A stretch of DNA of 64,000 bases from Parasitella parasitica NRRL 2501 (taxonomy: Eukaryota; Fungi; Mucoromycota), in contig MU619266.1 of assembly GCA_025201805.1 (NCBI GenBank), forward strand, positions 124,001 through 188,000. The letters are read 5' to 3'. Both the position numbers and the translations under genes were made by a program. Numbering within the stretch: position 1 is the stretch's first letter; each line of letters opens with the position of its first letter. The notes under the pieces are model-generated. The model made no database searches, was not told the origin of the DNA, and was given only the letters and a program-made list of their open reading frames with translations. Below, one piece after another: positions 58,569-64,000 of the stretch.

Positions 58569-59528
58569 TCTGCTATATATCAGGTTGAAAAATAGAAAAG
58601 GAAGAGAATTTACTAGTCCAGGCAACAGTTCATTCAGGAACTCTTTGTATTTATACTCTAAAATTTGGAACTCACGCCGATCAACCCAGATCCCTGCTCA
58701 GATTGAAAATAAATTGAATATGGAAATATGCAAGACATGGTTCAATGCAAGCAGATTTGATTCAAGATCAAATGATAGTCTAATATGCCTACCAATCTTG
58801 AGAGTGGCGCTACTTATCACCACACTAACATATAACATTGGCTGCTACACATGTATAAAGTAAGCAGTTTTCTTCGTCATAAGAAGCCCATTATAGATTC
58901 ACATATACAAACAGCGATGACTAGATCTGGTTTATAAAAAAAAAACACGAGTGAAACTAAACAAAACAGATGTATTCTTAAACTTGTACATAAGTGTTAC
59001 GATATGTGGCAAAATAAAAAAAAAATGTCAGGATATCTTTGATGCAAAGTTTCAAAAAGAACTTTCTAATCCAAGATGCTTAACATGCAATTTAGCCTGG
59101 TCATTTTTAGTTCAAGAAAAGTTTGATAGCTTATCATACAATGAATAAGCTGCCACTTTCCATTAATTCTGTCGAGTTAAATTCTTTATCGTTGAAGTAA
59201 GGTTTGCAGCCTATAATTGTACCGTTCTTGAAAAGACTGGAATATTCCTACTAGTTTATCTGTGCAATTTTAGATCATGACATTATCTATTTCAGAATTA
59301 TAGCTCGTGTGCCACCGGTCTTATTTTATGGGATCTGCAATGAGTTTCGTTTTCCGAATGCTTTGACCATTCAAATTGGAGGCATCCTTTGTGTGTATTC
59401 AAAGTGTGAACGTTATGACGAAATACAACCTTCGAGTATATATATATAATTGGCTATTGGGTTTTATTTAATTGATGATTTAGTTGGAAGTATGGTACAA
59501 AATTAAGAGATTATTGAGCAAATAATGA

Positions 59529-62500
59529 TTAAAACAGGTATACAGACTGCGTCAATGGCAATGAAGATACAGGATCACATACGCATTCTTCACCATCCGC
59601 TTGAACTTTATAAGTTTCAGGATCGACAGTAATTTTCGGCATAGCATCATTTAGTTTCATGTCCTTCTTGCTAACTGTACGACAACCCTTAACAGGTTCA
59701 ATCTTTTTACGCAGATTATAGCTTTGAACAACGCCTTCGTCGATAGATAGTTGAGAAACAAACACTAAGCAAGACACGCCCAAGCTGGATGCATTGGCAC
59801 CATACATGGGCCTGGAAATAATCGGTTCTGTGGTTGGAATAGATCCATTTGCATCGCCTTGAAATAATAGGATAAAATGTTAGGATACACGGTCATGTGT
59901 AATATTTGTCCTTTGTACATACCCATTTGACCCCAAACGATGACACCAGCCTTTAAAATAAGCTCAGGCTTGGAACCAAAGTATTCTGGCGTAAAGCACA
60001 CCAAGTCGGCTACTTTGCCAACTTCAATAGAGCCGACAGCATGGCCAATACCATGAGCGAGAGCACTAGAAAGTACCACAACCGATCAGTACACACAACA
60101 AAACATACCGTGTATTTGCAGACAACTTACACATTAATCGTGTACTTTGCAATGTATCTTCGGATTCTAAAGTTGTCACCTTCCTCCAGCTGATCTTCTT
60201 TCAAGGTGCCGCGCTGTTGTTTCATTTTGCTGGCTGTTTTCCAAGTACGCAGAATCACTTCGCCGGCTCTGCCCATGGCTTGTGAATCTGAGCTAATCAT
60301 ACTAATAGCACCAATATCATGTAGCACATCCTCAGCAGCAATTGTTTCTGCGCGAATTCTACTTTCAGCAAAGGCCACATCCTCAGGAATAGTCTTTGAT
60401 AAATGATGGCAGACCATCAGCATGTCGACATGTTCGTCTAATGTGTTTGCAGTAAATGGTCGCGTTGGATTGGTGGATGATGGAAGAACGTTGGGCTCGC
60501 TACACACAGTGATGACTAAATTGCACAGAAATGAATAAGCATAATTTACATAAATACACGTAGCAAAAACCTACTGTCAGGCGCGTGTCCACCACCAGCA
60601 CCTTCACTATGATACGTATGAATCGTTCTGCCCTTGAAAGCGCCAATAGTTGATTCAACAAAACCAGCTTCGTTCAAGGTATCTGTGTGGATAGTCGCTT
60701 GAACATCCAAATCATCACACACTTGCAAGCACGCGTCAATGGCAGCAGGAGTTGTGCCCCAGTCCTCATGCAATTTTAAACCAAGACAGCCAGCTTTGAT
60801 ATGCTCGACCAGCTCCTCCTTGTTTGAACAGTTTCCTTTGCCCGTGAAGCCGAAATTCAAGGGAATATCGTCTGTGGCTTTCATCATCATTTCGATATGG
60901 TGATTTCCCGGGGTGCATGTAGTTGCGTTTGTTCCCGTGTTGGGACCAGTGCCGCCTCCGATCAACGTGGTTACGCCACTTGAAAGAGCCTAAAATGATG
61001 TATATAAACAGTAAATATTTCTATTCAAAGAAAACAAGCTTTGGGCAATATAATTTTTTTTTTTGTATATACCTCGTAACACAGCTGAGGGCAGATATAA
61101 TGAATATGAGAATCAATAGCACCTGCAGTAAAGATTTTACCTTCGCCTGCTAATGCTTCTGTGCCAGCGCCAACGACCATACCAGGGGTAACGCCATCCA
61201 TTACGTCTGGATTACCTGCTTTACCAATACCAGCAATAAGGCCCTTTTTGATACCAATGTCAGCCTTGTAGATGCCGGTATAATCAATAATCAATGCGTT
61301 CGTGATGACCAAATCAAGCACATCTGCATCTAATTTGCCTGTTGCCTGGCCCATGCCTTCACGAAGAACTTTACCGCCGCCAAACTTGCACTCATCGCCG
61401 TACACTGTAAAGTCCTTTTCAACACGAGCCCATAATTCGGTGTCACCCAATCGCACCAGATCGCCAGTGGTGGGGCCGAAATGATCGGCGTAATACTCTC
61501 TGTCTAAAGTGTTTGATGTAGGTGCAGGCAAAAGGGGCGCAAGTGAATCATGTTTAAATCCCTTGGTCATGATTGTATTGATTATATCTGGTAGTCGAAT
61601 AAAGTCAACAGGCCCTGTTGCCAGTCCGTTACCGCCTGTGATGATTTTGTTGCCTGATATCTCGACCAGCGTTATAGTCTTGAAATCTCCTGGCTCAAAT
61701 CGGACAGCTGAGCCTGCAGGAATGTCCAACCTCATACCATATGCAAGGGCACGATTGAAATAGAGAGCAGCGTTGGCTTCTATGAAATGATAGTGCGATC
61801 CTACCTGGTGATGTGTAAACAAGCAATCGAGCAAACTACATCAGTATAATCTCTCACTCGCATACAAGGAACAGTTCCGCGCTTTTCTTACCTGAATCGG
61901 GCGATCTCCGTAGTTTGTCACAGATAGCGAGAGTCTTCTTCGACCTTCGTTTAATTTGATCTTTCCAGGCTTAACGATGATGGCACCAGGAGCATCTCTT
62001 GCTAGCACTTGCGGCGGCAGTGGGAACTTTTCTTCTGAAGGCAGAGGAAAGAATGTGCCGTATAGGGCCATCTCGAGATTGCCGCTGTCTGTGCAAATTG
62101 GATCGTGAACAGTGACCAGATAGGTGCCATCAGGAAATGTGCCTTCAACCTGCACCTCGTGCAATGTCTGGAAAACTTCGGGCATAACGTGTCTCCGTCC
62201 CAGCATTTGCTTGCCAATGTCCATCAATTGAGCCACAGAGTAGCAGCCGTCTCTCATCAGCTCCAGCAACTGTGATGCAATCAATGCGGTTGCTTCGGTT
62301 CTATTCAGCTTGATGCCTCGTGCCAAACGTTTTTGCGCCAGAAAACCAACTTTTTTTTTTTTTTTTTTTTTTACCAAGTAGATGTGTTAAATGCGTTTGT
62401 TTTGTTTTGTTTTTTGATAATGTGATTTCTACGAAATCATGTCATGTAAGCTACCTTGGTGCAGTAACAGTTTATCGATTTCTCTTGGTATCAAGCGCAT
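59529..62500 (-). CDS. ure1: Urease (fused gamma-beta-alpha eukaryotic type), multi-exon
   Basis: [35 protein letters not shown], Ni ligands [25 protein letters not shown], flap [13 protein letters not shown]; the C-terminus ends [10 protein letters not shown]. Confidence 0.97.
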
Positions 62501-62629
62501 TATATGTCTTTGGGCAAAAGAGAGAGAGAGAGGGAGAAAATAAAATAGAAAAAAAGAATGCAAAAAGACACATTTGGTATTTAAACTTTTCCCTTTTGGC
62601 TGCTCTCAAGCACTATTCCATGCGCAGAA

Positions 62630-62868
62630 AGATAAGCTGATAAACCGGGTTATTCCCTTTTCATTAAGATTATCTATTTTGCTGTCTCTTGTGACACTTT
62701 TGTATAATTGTCAAATCTATACCAATTAGAGTGAAAGATACGATTTTTTATTCCGTGTGTAGAAAAAAAAAAAGGCTTATTAAAATAGACTTTGTATTAC
62801 CAACAATAGGTTTATCTCCTCCCCTCACCGTTCCGTAAGCAACCATGTTTTGAACCTCATCCTTATCT
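62630..62868. promoter_or_regulatory. Cluster of five WGATAA sites upstream of urease
   Basis: AGATAAG 62630, TGATAAA 62638, TTATCT 62670, TTATCT 62812, CTTATCT 62862. Function is inferred. Confidence 0.55.
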
Positions 62869-62901
62869 TTTCGTGATTTGTAAATGGCATTGCATCTGAA
62901 A

Positions 62902-64000
62902 TTATTCGTGGTAGAGAGAAGATGCTGAGGAAGACGTTTCCTGCAAGCGATGGATGTCGTTGATATCCTGCAGGATCCATTTTTGCACACTCAGCATTGC
63001 TGAATGAGATTGATCAAAGTCAAATGCTTGAAAATCGTGCACCATGTCCTAAACGTGGGTGGGAAAAAAGTTCAGGCAAATTTCTATCAGTACTTTTGTG
63101 CCTGGATAAACTACCTCGTATTCTTCATGCTTGAATACCGTTACATGACAGTCTTCAAATTTAGTCGCAAACGAGCGAACTTCATCTTTCATTGTTTCGC
63201 ACCCACCCGACTGAATCAAAATGGGGGGTAAATGGTCAAAATGGCTGACATACAGCGGCGATGCGTATGGGTGTCGATTCAAGCCAAAATATGTATCAGT
63301 GCCCAGGTAAAATCTTGCTGGATTCATAATAGTGCTCATATTTGGACGACATGGTAAGTAGTCAAAAATCTCTGATTCTACCCAACTTGGATGGCCATAG
63401 GTCAGATCCACCCAAGGCTACACATAAAAAAAACACAAGGTTAGTCGTCTCGTACATTTGAACAGATATACGCCTATGTGCATACTGAAAAGAGAACACA
63501 TGTTTCTGGGAGTGGATACTGGTGATCTCGAAGGTAGATCAAGAGCGACATGGCTAATCCCCCACCTGCGCTATCGCCTACCACTGTAATGTTATGTGGT
63601 TTAATCCCGTAGTCATAAATCAAGTGGAAGTATGCTTGAACCGCATCATACAGAGCCCCCGGAAATTTAGTTTCTGGTGCTAACCTATAGCTTATGGCTT
63701 TATTCTGATTAGATCTAAACTTGTTTTTATATAGCTTTCTACTTACAAAATACTCCTCGATTCACGTATTTGGTAAGTTTTTCGGTAAATGCAAGATAGC
63801 AGAACCAATCTTTGAAGCAGTAACCACCACCGTGAAGGTAAAGGACAACTTTTTCTTGAGTAACTTTCTGCTGTGCCTGTTGCTTCTCAGTTGGAGGCAG
63901 ATTCCATTGTGCATCGATAGTACGAGTGCCATCTTCAGATAAATCGCACTCCTCCAGAATCCCTGGCAAGTTCAGTTTGGAAACTAGAAATGGACAGGCA
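62902..64000 (-). CDS. Alpha/beta hydrolase of the HSL (Abhydrolase_3) family; 5' end beyond the window
   Basis: VVLYLHGGGY, VGDSAGGGL, SPWVDLT, YASPLY, SGGCETMKDE, DMVHDFQ. Stop at 62904-62902. Confidence 0.9.

Overview
Eukaryotic, intron-rich fungal DNA. The gene families, short 50-100 nt introns and compact spacing point to Mucorales (Mucor-like); this is inferred, not searched. About 27 protein-coding genes can be reconstructed by eye: an AreA/Nit2-like GATA factor (cut by the left edge), a MyTH4-RhoGAP, an S6K/Psk1-like AGC kinase, a type II P-type ATPase, two tandem BTB/POZ genes (one with an in-frame stop), a PAS-PAS protein, Trm3, a GEN1/Yen1-like nuclease, roadblock dynein light chain, TFIIIA, DUF4112, a NOA1/YqeH GTPase, TAPT1/Emp65, C7orf25/DUF1308, an Lnt-like nitrilase-fold membrane enzyme, class II aldolase, Lsm6, a His/Asp-rich GPI protein, Nas2, urease, an HSL-family hydrolase (cut by the right edge) and several hypothetical genes. 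An AT-rich island at about 12.5-21 kb holds decayed PIF/Harbinger and L1-like elements; 55-58 kb is a second gene-poor stretch. There are four N gaps. I saw no rRNA, tRNA or CRISPR array. The most notable items are: (1) an intron-containing homologue of bacterial apolipoprotein N-acyltransferase with an intact E-K-C triad; (2) a His/Asp-repeat GPI-anchored surface protein; (3) GC-AG introns in areA and roadblock; (4) two convergent genes whose stop codons are 2 nt apart; (5) a 91-aa zinc-knuckle gene missed by the ORF track; (6) a P-type ATPase with mixed subtype signatures and an unexplained N-terminal domain. All family calls come from motif recognition; no database search was run.
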